NCBI GenBank assembly: GCA_030431515.1
Contig: JAUIIX010000002.1
Location: 14,936-78,935 of the forward strand
DNA length: 64,000 nucleotides
Reading direction: 5' to 3'
Source: a bacterium
Lineage (GTDB): Bacteria > Bacteroidota > Ignavibacteria > Kapaibacteriales > UBA2268
A program made the translations under genes and the position numbers. The notes under the pieces were generated by a model. The model did no database searches and had not been told where the DNA came from. It worked only from the letters and a program-made list of their open reading frames with translations. Shown here in pieces: positions 20,752 through 30,663 of this stretch; positions within the stretch are counted from its first letter, which is position 1, and the number at the start of each line of letters is the position of its first letter.

Positions 20752-22311
20752 TTACTTAGCAACTCCAACACTTCTTTTCTCTCTGACAACTGTTACTCTA
20801 ATTTGCCCCGGATATTCCATTTCTTCTTCTATCCTCTTAGCAATATCAGTAGCCATATCATCAGCAGCTTGGTCATTCACTATTTCTGGTTCAACAATTA
20901 CTCTTATTTCTCTACCAGCTTGAATACAGAATGTTTTCTCAACACCTTTATATGAGTTAGCAATCTCTTCCAGATTTTCTAATCTCTTAACATAATTTTC
21001 TAATGATTCTCTTCTTGCACCAGGTCTAGCTCCACTAATCGAATCGGCAGACTGAACAATAACTGCTATCGCAGTTTCCATTTCAATATCTTCGTGGTGA
21101 GCTCCAATTGCATTAACAATTACTGGATGTTCGCCATACTTTTTAGCTATTTCCATTCCAAGTAATGCGTGAGGACCTTCCAATTCTTTATTTGCTACTT
21201 TACCAATATCATGAAGAAGAGCAGCACGTTTTGCGAATTTTATATTTAATCCTAATTGACCAGCCATAATACCCGCAAGGTGAGCAACCTCTACTGAGTG
21301 CTTCAATAAGTTTTGACCGTAAGAAGTACGATATTTCATTCTACCAATATAAGCCATTAATTCAGGTCTTACATTATGAATATCTAATTCAAGAGTAACC
21401 TCTTCACCTACTCTTACCATATCATCTTCAAGTTCTTTAGTAACCTTAGTCACAATTTCTTCAATTCTTGTAGGGTGGATTCTACCATCAACCATCAAGT
21501 ACTCAAGTGATTTTTTAGCTACTTCACGTCTAAATGGATCAAAACCAGAAATAATAACTGCTTCAGGAGTGTCATCAATAATTAAGTCAATACCAGTAGC
21601 AGACTCAAATGCTCTAATATTTCTACCTTCCTTACCAATTATTCTACCTTTCATCTCGTCCGACTCTAAATCAACCACAGATACAGTAGATTCCATAGCG
21701 TGGTCAGAAGCTGTTCTCTGAATAGATGCAACAATAATATTTTGTGCTTCTCTGAGAGCTTTTTCTTTTGCTTCTTGCTTTATTTTATTAATTCGATTAG
21801 CCGCTTCTTTTTTAGCATCGTTTTCTAGTTCAATAACTAATCTATTTTTAGCTTCCTCGCGAGTAATACCAGCAATTTCTTCTAATTTTTTAGTCAAGCT
21901 GTCAACTAATTCTTGAGCTTTAATTTCATTTTCTTTAGCTTCTTCATTCTTTTTAGCTAGGTCAATCTCAAAATTATGAAGTTGTTTTTCTTTATTTAGA
22001 ATAGTCTGAAGTTTTTTCTCGATACCATCTTCACGAGCTTTGACTTCTTTTTCCTGAACATCAATTCTTGCTTTTCTCGAATTAGTATCAGACTCAAATT
22101 CTTGTTTTTTCTGATGCCATTCGTCTTTTACTTCTCTAAGTTTTTCTTTTTTAACATTTTCACCTTCTTTCTCAGCATCTACTATAATACTTTTTGCTTT
22201 TAATTCAGCTTCTAGTATTTTAGTACTAACTACTTTTTTACCGATAAAAAACGCTATTGCAAAACCAGATAAAGCTACGACAATGGCAACTATTAGCGAA
22301 TAGTCTTCCAT
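20752..22311 (-). CDS. rny: Ribonuclease Y
   Basis: N-terminal TM, coiled coil, KH ([13 protein letters not shown]), HD (LLHDIGK), C-terminal [12 protein letters not shown]. Confidence 0.97.
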   Translation of the reverse strand: MEDYSLIVAIVVALSGFAIAFFIGKKVVSTKILEAELKAKSIIVDAEKEGENVKKEKLREVKDEWHQKKQEFESDTNSRKARIDVQEKEVKAREDGIEKKLQTILNKEKQLHNFEIDLAKKNEEAKENEIKAQELVDSLTKKLEEIAGITREEAKNRLVIELENDAKKEAANRINKIKQEAKEKALREAQNIIVASIQRTASDHAMESTVSVVDLESDEMKGRIIGKEGRNIRAFESATGIDLIIDDTPEAVIISGFDPFRREVAKKSLEYLMVDGRIHPTRIEEIVTKVTKELEDDMVRVGEEVTLELDIHNVRPELMAYIGRMKYRTSYGQNLLKHSVEVAHLAGIMAGQLGLNIKFAKRAALLHDIGKVANKELEGPHALLGMEIAKKYGEHPVIVNAIGAHHEDIEMETAIAVIVQSADSISGARPGARRESLENYVKRLENLEEIANSYKGVEKTFCIQAGREIRVIVEPEIVNDQAADDMATDIAKRIEEEMEYPGQIRVTVVREKRSVGVAK

Positions 22312-22345
22312 TATTTCCTTAACATATTTAATTTAAAAATAAAAA

Positions 22346-22595
22346 AGCCACAATCTGCCGTTCAAATGGAAATGAAGAATCCTCATTTCACCACAGTGGG
22401 TTCAGTCCATATTATATCTATAATCCTCCGGCTCATCAAACTATGTATTAGAAGTTTATTTCACCCCCTAAAAGTGACAGAATGATAGCAATCATTTAAG
22501 ATCTTGAGGCCCGCTATTAATAATACGAGAGCATGTCCCATAATTTAAAGTAACGATTCTTTTTTTTCGATGTGACGACGACAGAAAGCAGCTCT
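22346..22595 (-). ncRNA. ssrS: 6S RNA
   Basis: Canonical zapA-6S-rny position; 5' UCUGUCGU pairs with 3' ACGGCAGA and AAGAAUC with GAUUCUU, giving a long rod; ends in a T-run; ends approximate. Confidence 0.75.
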
Positions 22596-22625
22596 ATAAA
22601 ATCTACTTTTCTTATTTAATAAGAA

Positions 22626-22898
22626 CTAATTTAAAATAGAACTCAATTTTGTGTTCATTTCCGATAACTGTGCTTCTAATAAACTAATTTCTTTTTGTAA
22701 GGAAGAAACTTCATTTATTTTTGACTCAGCTATGTTCAATGCTGTTAGGACAGGTAATGCATCAATAGTAATTTTCGATGAGGAATCCTGCAATAATTTT
22801 AAATGTCTGTTTACTTCTTCTGCAGACTTTTCAATTAACTCCTTATCACCATATAAATTATATTCTTTATTTCCTATTCTAACTTTAACTGAATTCAT
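22626..22898 (-). CDS. zapA: Cell division protein ZapA
   Basis: VKVRIGNKEYNL, VLTALNIAE, C-terminal coiled coil; upstream of 6S/rny. Confidence 0.85.
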   Translation of the reverse strand: MNSVKVRIGNKEYNLYGDKELIEKSAEEVNRHLKLLQDSSSKITIDALPVLTALNIAESKINEVSSLQKEISLLEAQLSEMNTKLSSILN

Positions 22899-22962
22899 AT
22901 TTTTTCAATGTCACATTTTAGTAATAATACTTTTCCAAAAAACAAATTTAAACAAGAATTAT

Positions 22963-24333
22963 CTATACTGCAAATTTTTCTAACTTTTCGACCAAAATAT
23001 CAATATCTTTGATCATTTTATCCTTTTGCATTAAAAGTTTATTTTTCTCTTTACTTTCTACTTTTTTCTGTAAACTAATTATATCTTCCAAACGCTTTGA
23101 AGCCATATTCTCTAAATTCATTAAATTATTTTTAAGAGAAGTTATTTCAGTTTCCTTGCTTTCTACTTTTTCCTCTAAATCTAATATTTTTGACTCCAAA
23201 TTCTCAATTTTTTCATTATTAGCTTCTTTGCTATCATTATCAAATAACTTCTGCTGCCCTCTTAACTCTTCAATTAATCTATCTCTTTCAGTCATTTGCT
23301 TATTAATTTCAGCTAAAATGCTCTCAGCTTTTTTCAGATTATCTTTGTAATATTCTTTTTCTTCATTCAATTCAATCAATTTTTTACTTTCTTCTATATC
23401 AGAATTATCATTGTTCTTAGTTAGTTCGGCTATTTCCTTTTTAACAAGTTCAATATCTTTATCTTTTTGAATCAAATCATTTTTAACTTTACTATTTTCT
23501 TCTTTTAACTCAGCTATTTCCTTTTCTTTATTCTCATTAAGTCTTTTATAAACACTTAACTCATTAATTTTATTCTCTAATACAGCATTCTCAGTATTTA
23601 ATTTTTCTAAACGTGAATTGAGCAATTCATAATTGTTCTTAGATTGTTCAATTTTTCGATTATTTTCAAATTTTTCTTCATTAAACAGCAACAATCTTTG
23701 ATTAAATTCTTCAATAGTAAATGATTGTTCTTTAATTTCATCTTCATACTGACTAATCTTAGCAAGGAGTTCATTATTTCTATTCTTTAATTCTTCTAAC
23801 TCAGCATTTTTCGAGTTAATTAATTCATTAGATTTAGGATTGTCAGAATTATTTAATTTATATATTTCACTATCTTTAGAAGCCAACTCTTCTCTTAATT
23901 CATTTACTTCAGATGCTTTAGTATTTAATTCCTTATTTTTACGAGCAATTTCAAGTTTAGTGTATTCAATATCTTTTTCAATTTTTTGTAGTTCATTCAG
24001 TTTTTTTAAAATATTATCTTTTTCAAGTATAGTTTTATTTAACTCAACTCTTAAATTAGATAAATCATTAAAAACATTTTCACTATCTTTTACTTTTTCA
24101 TTACTTAAACTTAACTCTTCAATTAATTTTTGATTTTCACTATTGATTCTTTCATTTTCATCAACAAGAAAACTGATTAATTCAGAAGCATTAGCTTTTT
24201 CTAAATTAATGTTATTGTATTTTTCAGCATATAAATTTACTAATTCGCTTTCTTCTTTATGTTGAGCAATAACAGAATCTACTGTTTCCCACAACTTTTG
24301 TACTAAATCTGACCTTTCCTTTTCCATAATCAA
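22963..24333 (-). CDS. Long coiled-coil protein in the ZapB position
   Basis: E/K/N/L-rich heptads over ~450 aa; directly upstream of zapA. Confidence 0.7.
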   Translation of the reverse strand: MIMEKERSDLVQKLWETVDSVIAQHKEESELVNLYAEKYNNINLEKANASELISFLVDENERINSENQKLIEELSLSNEKVKDSENVFNDLSNLRVELNKTILEKDNILKKLNELQKIEKDIEYTKLEIARKNKELNTKASEVNELREELASKDSEIYKLNNSDNPKSNELINSKNAELEELKNRNNELLAKISQYEDEIKEQSFTIEEFNQRLLLFNEEKFENNRKIEQSKNNYELLNSRLEKLNTENAVLENKINELSVYKRLNENKEKEIAELKEENSKVKNDLIQKDKDIELVKKEIAELTKNNDNSDIEESKKLIELNEEKEYYKDNLKKAESILAEINKQMTERDRLIEELRGQQKLFDNDSKEANNEKIENLESKILDLEEKVESKETEITSLKNNLMNLENMASKRLEDIISLQKKVESKEKNKLLMQKDKMIKDIDILVEKLEKFAV

Positions 24334-24405
24334 AATTAATTATTAGTTTTGTTATTATTATATAAAACAAAAATATAAATTTTTATTTAAAATTAGGAAA
24401 AAAAA

Positions 24406-24819
24406 ATGAATGAAAGATTTGAATCGCAAAAAGCACCCGAGCCAGTAGGTGCATATCCACATAGTAGGAAAGTCGGAAATCTCTTGTTTTTATCAGGTGT
24501 TGGACCACGCAAACGAGCATCTAAAGACATACCAGGAGTAACATTAGATGAGAACAGAAATATAATTTCTTATGATATAGAAGAGCAATGTAAATCAGTA
24601 TTTAATAATGTAAAATTGATTTTAGAAGAGTCGGGTTCATCTTGGGATAAATTAGTAGATGTTACAGTTTTTTTGACAAACATGAAAGATGATTTTGCAA
24701 TTTATAACAAAATCTATGCAGAATACTTCAAAGACAATCAACCTTGCAGGACAACTGTAGAGATAAATTGTCTGCCAACACCGATTGCAATTGAATTAAA
24801 ATGTATCGCAATTATATAA
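24406..24819 (+). CDS. RidA family protein, probable 2-aminomuconate deaminase
   Basis: APEPVGAYPHSRKVGNLLFLSG, PCRTTVEI..LPTPIAIELKCIA. Confidence 0.8.
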   Translation: MNERFESQKAPEPVGAYPHSRKVGNLLFLSGVGPRKRASKDIPGVTLDENRNIISYDIEEQCKSVFNNVKLILEESGSSWDKLVDVTVFLTNMKDDFAIYNKIYAEYFKDNQPCRTTVEINCLPTPIAIELKCIAII

Positions 24820-24938
24820 TCAAATAATTTCCAATTATTTTCGTTTATAAAGCGCGTTTATACCTCTTGTGATTTTAGGATGAAGATTTATTCAGATTCC
24901 TAAAGTCACATTTTTTTTGTATCAATTTACTTATGTTT

Positions 24939-24966
24939 GTCATTCTGAGGCGAAGCCGAAGAATCC
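24939..24966 (+). repeat. REP-like family B (GTCATTCTGAG..GAAG..GAAGAATC)
   Basis: GTCATTCTGAGGCGAAGCCGAAGAATCC; related copies at ~29333, 29392, 29435, 35344, 42302, 43709, 49698, 49829, 49872. Confidence 0.8.
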
Positions 24967-25370
24967 ATTTTATTTGCAGGGAACGGTTAGAAAAGCTCGA
25001 ATCTAAAATTCGCAACCATTATTAAGAATAAATGATATGTTATATACTGCATAAAAGCAAAAAAACCGTTCCTAATTTCTCATTAATAAAACCCAGTTCT
25101 TACAAAAAACGAAAAATTCACCCTTTTTATTGTAATTTTTTTCATCCGAAGGATAACACAAAAATTTCAGCGGAGCTAAATACTGCGAAATTCTCCTAAC
25201 GAACTAAAATTACAAAACCTTCCGAAGGTTTTGAACCTTCGGGAGGATAAAAAAAACAAAAATAATTCATCCTTTTCCGTGACGTTTTACCAAAAATTGT
25301 GTCTATGTATATATAACTTTTGCAAATTCTAAAAACTATTTGTAATTTTAAGAAAAATTAAAGAATAATT

Positions 25371-26873
25371 ATGAAAATTTTAATACTATTCATCTTATCA
25401 TTCTCCTCATTATATTCACAAAACCTTGATTTTGTAGAAGTTTTGGATTTCGATCCTTCTGGATTATCTAATGCTCAAAATGCTACGCTTTCTTTAAAAG
25501 GTGATAGTGCGTTTTTTCATGTTGAATTAGATACTGCTTCACCTTATGTTGATTATATTAATAATTTTTATTTTTCTTCAGATAATGGAAAAACTTGGGA
25601 AAATGTAACTGAAAATTTCCAAAAAATATTATTTGGTGATTTTCAATTTTTATCAGGACAATTTTTTCATCAAAAACTTTTTATGTTTATACATAAATTT
25701 AGTGAAGGCGATGATTTGTATATTGGTTATTTTGACGTCAAAGGAAATTTAGTAGATAAAGTAAAAATTGACCCTGAATATAGATATTGGAGAATAATAT
25801 TAAATCACATTAACGAAGATTTTATTGGCTTATATGCAAGGTATGTTCATGATACAAGTCATGACTATTACCAACATTTCTTCGATTATTCAACTGATAG
25901 AGGAAAAACTTGGCATAATGTTCAACCAGAACATTTACCTACAAATATGGAGATTACGTTTGAGTTGAATATTAGAAATCCAGAATTAGGTTTTTTTTCA
26001 TTTAATAATTACCATACACAAAATCACAATACTATTTTTAATCCATTCAAATATAATTTTTATGATAAAACCTATGATTATTCATATCAAAGAAGCCCTT
26101 TTGAAACAAAAGACTATGGATTTAGAAAAGATGATTTTGTCTTAGAAAGATATTTTTCTAATATTATGCCACTTTTAGACCTATCAAATAATATTAGGAT
26201 TGATACAATTAGTACATATAATATAACAAATATGCCTCAAGATTCAATTGAAAATTTGAAAAAAAATGATTTCGAAGAAAGAGTTTATTTTGATAAATTT
26301 TTTAAATATCATGAAAAAGAATATCTAGATTATAATTATTATAAGTTTAAGTTCAGTTTAATGAAACCAGATACATTTTTATTTACTATTATTCACAGTG
26401 TTTATAAAACAATTAATGGTAAATATCAAAACTTATTTTTTAAAAATTTAATTTTTACTTCTTACGATGGTGGAAATACTTACAATTTTTTAATTGATAA
26501 AGGTGCGATGAATTATTATTTAAACCCAATTAATAATGAGATATGGATGATAACAATTCAAGATGATAAAAGATTAAAATTATATAAATCAAAAACAGAT
26601 ATTTTTTCAAGTGTTAGTTTAGAAAAAATATATAAATTAAATGTTTATTTCTCAGGAAATAATTTAATAGTAGAAAATAAAGAAGACACAAAAGAAAGCA
26701 TTATTAAAATATTTGATTTAGGTGGTAGAGTTATTTTTAATCAAACAACATTTCTCCAAAAAGGTACAAATCAAATTTCACTTACATCTCAAATTAATCC
26801 AAATTTATACTTAGTAAATATAGAATTTAAAGATTCAAAAGTAAATATTTATAAATTAATTAAAGGAGAATAG
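25371..26873 (+). CDS. T9SS cargo protein with BNR/Asp-box repeats
   Basis: SSDNGKTW, STDRGKTW, SYDGGNTY; CTD IFDLGGR..NLYLVNI..KLIKGE. Confidence 0.75.
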   Translation: MKILILFILSFSSLYSQNLDFVEVLDFDPSGLSNAQNATLSLKGDSAFFHVELDTASPYVDYINNFYFSSDNGKTWENVTENFQKILFGDFQFLSGQFFHQKLFMFIHKFSEGDDLYIGYFDVKGNLVDKVKIDPEYRYWRIILNHINEDFIGLYARYVHDTSHDYYQHFFDYSTDRGKTWHNVQPEHLPTNMEITFELNIRNPELGFFSFNNYHTQNHNTIFNPFKYNFYDKTYDYSYQRSPFETKDYGFRKDDFVLERYFSNIMPLLDLSNNIRIDTISTYNITNMPQDSIENLKKNDFEERVYFDKFFKYHEKEYLDYNYYKFKFSLMKPDTFLFTIIHSVYKTINGKYQNLFFKNLIFTSYDGGNTYNFLIDKGAMNYYLNPINNEIWMITIQDDKRLKLYKSKTDIFSSVSLEKIYKLNVYFSGNNLIVENKEDTKESIIKIFDLGGRVIFNQTTFLQKGTNQISLTSQINPNLYLVNIEFKDSKVNIYKLIKGE

Positions 26874-26882
26874 ATATGAAAA
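26834..26882 (+). repeat. ~49-bp direct repeat, copy 1 (copy 2 at 29146..29193)
   Basis: TTCAAAAGTAAATATTTATA(A)ATTAATTAAAGGAGAATA(G/T)ATATGAAAA in both places. Confidence 0.9.
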
Positions 26883-26974
26883 TCTTAATTCTATTCATCT
26901 TATCATTCTCCTCATTATATTCACAAGATTCTGATTTTAGAGAGTTTGTTATCCGCTATGAATTAAATTTTTAA
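26876..26974 (+). pseudogene. 32-codon fragment repeating the signal peptide of 25371..26873
   Basis: MKILILFILSFSSLYSQ identical to the upstream gene's first 17 aa, then diverges and stops; has its own AAGGAG SD. Confidence 0.8.
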
Positions 26975-26984
26975 AGGTTAAAAT

Positions 26985-29156
26985 ATGCTAATAATAATAA
27001 AAATACTATTTCTTTCCAACTTTTGCCTATTCTCTCAATGGGAAGAGATAAATTCGCCAATTGGAAGATTATCTGTTGAAAATATATTTTATTCTGATTC
27101 CTTAATGATTACATATAACAATGAAGAATCATTTTTCACTAATAATGATTGGGTAGATTATTATCAAATTAATTTTGAAGGAATTGACTCAATAGGAACA
27201 TTAAGGAATGCATTTAAGTATAATAATGATATTTATATAGTCTATTCTACAGGTGTAATCCCAAAAAGATATGGAGGTGTTTATAAAAGTACAGATAACG
27301 GGTATTCGTGGAATCTTATTGATAAATCGACTAAAGATTCAAACTTTTATACATATTTTATTAAAAATAGTAATAGTTACTTCTTAACTAACAATGGATT
27401 CTTTAAAAAAGAAATAAATTATGATCAAATTAATATTAATTCTGGATTTGACAAAGATGATAATTTAATTTTAATGAACGCAAATTTAATGTATTTTATT
27501 CAAAACAAAATAATATTAATTGATAAAGGTGCAAATGGTTCTTCAGGGCAAACAGGTAATGGAGTATTTATATCTGAAGATGATGGTACAAGTTTTTATC
27601 AATATAATCATGGTTTAAATGATAAAATTATAAATACTTTTTATTCAGTTGGTGATACTTTACTTCTAGGTACACCTAATGGCTTATATATAACAAAAGA
27701 TAGTACATTTTCTTGGAAACAATTTAATAATGGATTAATTGACAAAAATATAGCAAGTATTATATACATAAATAATATACTTTTTATATCTACTAAAAAT
27801 GGAATCATCTATAAAAGTAATAATTTTGGTGAAAATTGGGAGAAAATATTTGATAATAATAAAAAAGGCAAAATTCTTTTAACAAAATATAAAAATCAAA
27901 TATACTTATATAGTATTTCAGGAGTGTATAAAAGCATTAATTATGGTGAATCTTGGGATGAAATTCCGGCTTTCATAAAAAGTGCAAATTCAGATCTAAT
28001 TAATTCAGAAAATAATTTATTTATGCTAACTTATTACTCAGGTATTTTCAAAAAGAATGAAAATTCAAACGAATGGTTAAAATTAAATGACTCCCTATTT
28101 AGTATTGATTTTGATCAAACATTTATTCATAAGGATGGACAAAATATTATCACTTCAAGCATTTCGAATTTTGAATCATTCCTTTCGACAAATAATGGTG
28201 CAAATTGGAGTAAAAATAATATTTCATCAGGTGATTTGAGAGCATTTAATGTATTTATAAATAATAATAGATTTTTTATTTTAACAATAAATAAAGGTAT
28301 TTTCTATTCAGATAACAATGGTCAAACTTGGCACAATTGGAATGAATTACATAATGAGAATTATATTTTTAAAGATATTATAAGCTATCAAAATAAATTG
28401 TATGGTTGTACTAATGGTGATGGGATATTGTATTCAGAAGACAATGGTGAAAACTGGTTGAAAATTAACAAAAATTCTAATGATTTAATTAATAATGAGT
28501 TTGTGTTTAGAGTTGATAAGTATGATAATATTATAGTAGCTGCAACAAGGTTTAACAAATTATTGATTTCCAGAGATAATGGTCACACTTGGGAATCTAC
28601 AATGTTTTCAACTCAGAATATAATCGTTAATGAAGTAATTTGCTATAAAAATAATATTTTTATAGCAACAAGCGAAGGTATATATTACTCTAAAAATAAT
28701 GGTTATGATTGGATAAGAAATAATATTAATATAAATGATAAAGATTTTTCTTTAATTAGAGGTTTTGTTCAATTGAAAGATAAAATTATAATATCATTTT
28801 ATAAAGATATTTATCAACTAAGTTTAAAAGATTTAGATATAGAGTACGTTCCAGTCGATAATGTTGAAAAAAGAAGTTTTCTTTATATCAAACCGCCGTT
28901 TCCACTTCCTTCAAGTTCATTAATAAATTTTCATGTATATTGGGATTTAGGATTTAATTTTAACGACTCTAATATTGAAATATTTAATTTAAATCAAAAG
29001 AAAATTGATGTATCTGGAAAAATAAACATAAAATATCTGTCTAACATAGAAGGTATAATAACATGGGATTCAAGCAAAGAAAATAATGGTATATACATAG
29101 TAAAGATTAATCAAGGTTCAGAAACAAGAATACAGAAAGTAATGGTTCAAAAGTAA
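26985..29156 (+). CDS. T9SS cargo protein, BNR-repeat (VPS10/YCF48-like) double propeller
   Basis: Many S.D/N.G..W repeats; CTD PFPLP..IFNLN..GIYIVKI..KVMVQK. Confidence 0.8.
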   Translation: MLIIIKILFLSNFCLFSQWEEINSPIGRLSVENIFYSDSLMITYNNEESFFTNNDWVDYYQINFEGIDSIGTLRNAFKYNNDIYIVYSTGVIPKRYGGVYKSTDNGYSWNLIDKSTKDSNFYTYFIKNSNSYFLTNNGFFKKEINYDQININSGFDKDDNLILMNANLMYFIQNKIILIDKGANGSSGQTGNGVFISEDDGTSFYQYNHGLNDKIINTFYSVGDTLLLGTPNGLYITKDSTFSWKQFNNGLIDKNIASIIYINNILFISTKNGIIYKSNNFGENWEKIFDNNKKGKILLTKYKNQIYLYSISGVYKSINYGESWDEIPAFIKSANSDLINSENNLFMLTYYSGIFKKNENSNEWLKLNDSLFSIDFDQTFIHKDGQNIITSSISNFESFLSTNNGANWSKNNISSGDLRAFNVFINNNRFFILTINKGIFYSDNNGQTWHNWNELHNENYIFKDIISYQNKLYGCTNGDGILYSEDNGENWLKINKNSNDLINNEFVFRVDKYDNIIVAATRFNKLLISRDNGHTWESTMFSTQNIIVNEVICYKNNIFIATSEGIYYSKNNGYDWIRNNININDKDFSLIRGFVQLKDKIIISFYKDIYQLSLKDLDIEYVPVDNVEKRSFLYIKPPFPLPSSSLINFHVYWDLGFNFNDSNIEIFNLNQKKIDVSGKINIKYLSNIEGIITWDSSKENNGIYIVKINQGSETRIQKVMVQK

Positions 29157-29193
29157 ATATTTATAATTAATTAAAGGAGAATATATATGAAAA
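29146..29193 (+). repeat. ~49-bp direct repeat, copy 2
   Basis: Matches 26834..26882 with one indel and one substitution. Confidence 0.9.
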
Positions 29194-29214
29194 GAACTTT
29201 TGCAAATCACCAAT

Positions 29215-29478
29215 AACAACATAGAAGTTTTTAGTCAAAAATTTCAGGTGATGAGGTAGTTTTTAAATTTGCTAGATGAAGGAATAATGTAATTGTAGTG
29301 AACGCAAATTTGCGATTGCTGCTTTTGAAGATGGATTCCACGCTTCGCTCTGAATAACGGGGTGTGTTAAGAATTGTTGCTTGTTCTTGGGAGATTCTTC
29401 ACTTCGTTCAGAATGACGGAGAGTTTAATAGAAGTTTCTCGACTACGCTCGAAATGACAAGGCTTCACTCTGAAGACA
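29215..29478. repeat. Composite REP-like repeat cluster
   Basis: ~100 bp shared in inverted orientation with 38930..39036, a partial GTAGTGAACGCAAATTTGCG palindrome (29295) and three to four family-B units. Confidence 0.75.
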
Positions 29479-29547
29479 AGAGAAATTGTAGTTTTTTTTT
29501 TCAACAAGGGCTTTCAAGCCATTAATAAAGTAACTATATAGTAGAAA

Positions 29548-30660
29548 TTATATTAAATTTTTCACTAATTTCGCAATCTCTAAAGAGCAAGTAAGTCCAG
29601 GTGATTCTATACCAATTAAATTAATCAAATTAGGGAATCCATTATCACTTTCATTCTTAATAACGAAATCTTTTTGGGCTTCACCTTGTTTTTGGATTTT
29701 TGGTCTAATTCCAACATAATCTGGATTCAAATCTTCAATTGTAAAATTACTCATATAAGTAAACACAGAGTCAAAGAATTTTTCCTTTAACTCATCATCA
29801 AACGAGTAATCTAAAGTATTGCTATCCAAATATCTTACGTCAGGTCCTAATTTAACCCCACCACCCATATCCAATGTTACATGAATACCAAGCCCAGTTG
29901 TATTTTTATTAGGAATAGGATATATTAATCTATTAACTAAAGTGTTTTTTGAAGGATTTAATTTAAAATAATGACCTTTAGCATATTGTAATCTATACCC
30001 TAGATCATCAATATCTAAACCGGTCATTTTTGCAATTTTATCAGAATGTAAACCCGCTGAATTAATTAAATACTCAGTCTCAATTTCGAACTCACTTCCT
30101 TCATCATCTTTAACTGTAATTTTCCAATTTGTAATATTATCAAGATTGATTACTTCGTGACTATATACTACATCAACGCCATTATTAATAGCTTCTGCTT
30201 CTAATGTTTGCATCAATGAATGTGAGTCAATAATTCCAGTGCTTGGAGATAAAATAGCAGATTCTACTTTTAGATTATTTTCTAATTTTTGGATTTCATT
30301 TTTATTGAGAATTTTTAAATCTCTCGCACCTAATTCATTTGCATTATTGAATATAGACTCTAATCTTTCATTATCTTTTGAAGTATTTACAATTAACTTA
30401 CCACAATTATTATAAGGTATAGAATATTTATCACAATATTCATAAATTGATTGATTACCTGCAACACATAATTTTGCTTTTAACGAGTCTTTGGGATAGT
30501 ATATTCCTGCGTGGATAACTTCGGAGTTTCTCGATGAAGTTTCCTCTCCGAAATGTCCCCACTTTTCGATTAATAATATATCTTTAAAGTGCTTTGATAG
30601 CTCGGCAGCAATAGCTAATCCGACAACTCCAGCACCAATAATTACAAAATTATACTTCAT
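29548..30660 (-). CDS. FAD-dependent oxidoreductase, L-2-hydroxyglutarate oxidase (LhgO)-like
   Basis: IIGAGVVG, TSSRNSEVIHAGIYY, GIRPK, GIESPGLTCSL. Confidence 0.9.
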   Translation of the reverse strand: MKYNFVIIGAGVVGLAIAAELSKHFKDILLIEKWGHFGEETSSRNSEVIHAGIYYPKDSLKAKLCVAGNQSIYEYCDKYSIPYNNCGKLIVNTSKDNERLESIFNNANELGARDLKILNKNEIQKLENNLKVESAILSPSTGIIDSHSLMQTLEAEAINNGVDVVYSHEVINLDNITNWKITVKDDEGSEFEIETEYLINSAGLHSDKIAKMTGLDIDDLGYRLQYAKGHYFKLNPSKNTLVNRLIYPIPNKNTTGLGIHVTLDMGGGVKLGPDVRYLDSNTLDYSFDDELKEKFFDSVFTYMSNFTIEDLNPDYVGIRPKIQKQGEAQKDFVIKNESDNGFPNLINLIGIESPGLTCSLEIAKLVKNLI

Positions 30661-30663
30661 TTT

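Noticed and set aside
25140-26960. Integron attC-like ends (GGATAAC near 25151, GTTATCC near 26948) around T9SS genes
   Set aside because: Could not fold a convincing attC hairpin, the two motifs are 1.8 kb apart and no integrase is present
25371-29200. Diversity-generating retroelement acting on the T9SS genes
   Set aside because: Repeats are short, differences are not adenine-specific and no reverse transcriptase is in the window
29295-29478. Clustered ~26-bp repeats with short spacers resembling a CRISPR array (also 49659..49897)
   Set aside because: Units are degenerate, irregularly spaced, dispersed across the window in both orientations, and no cas genes are present; REP-like instead
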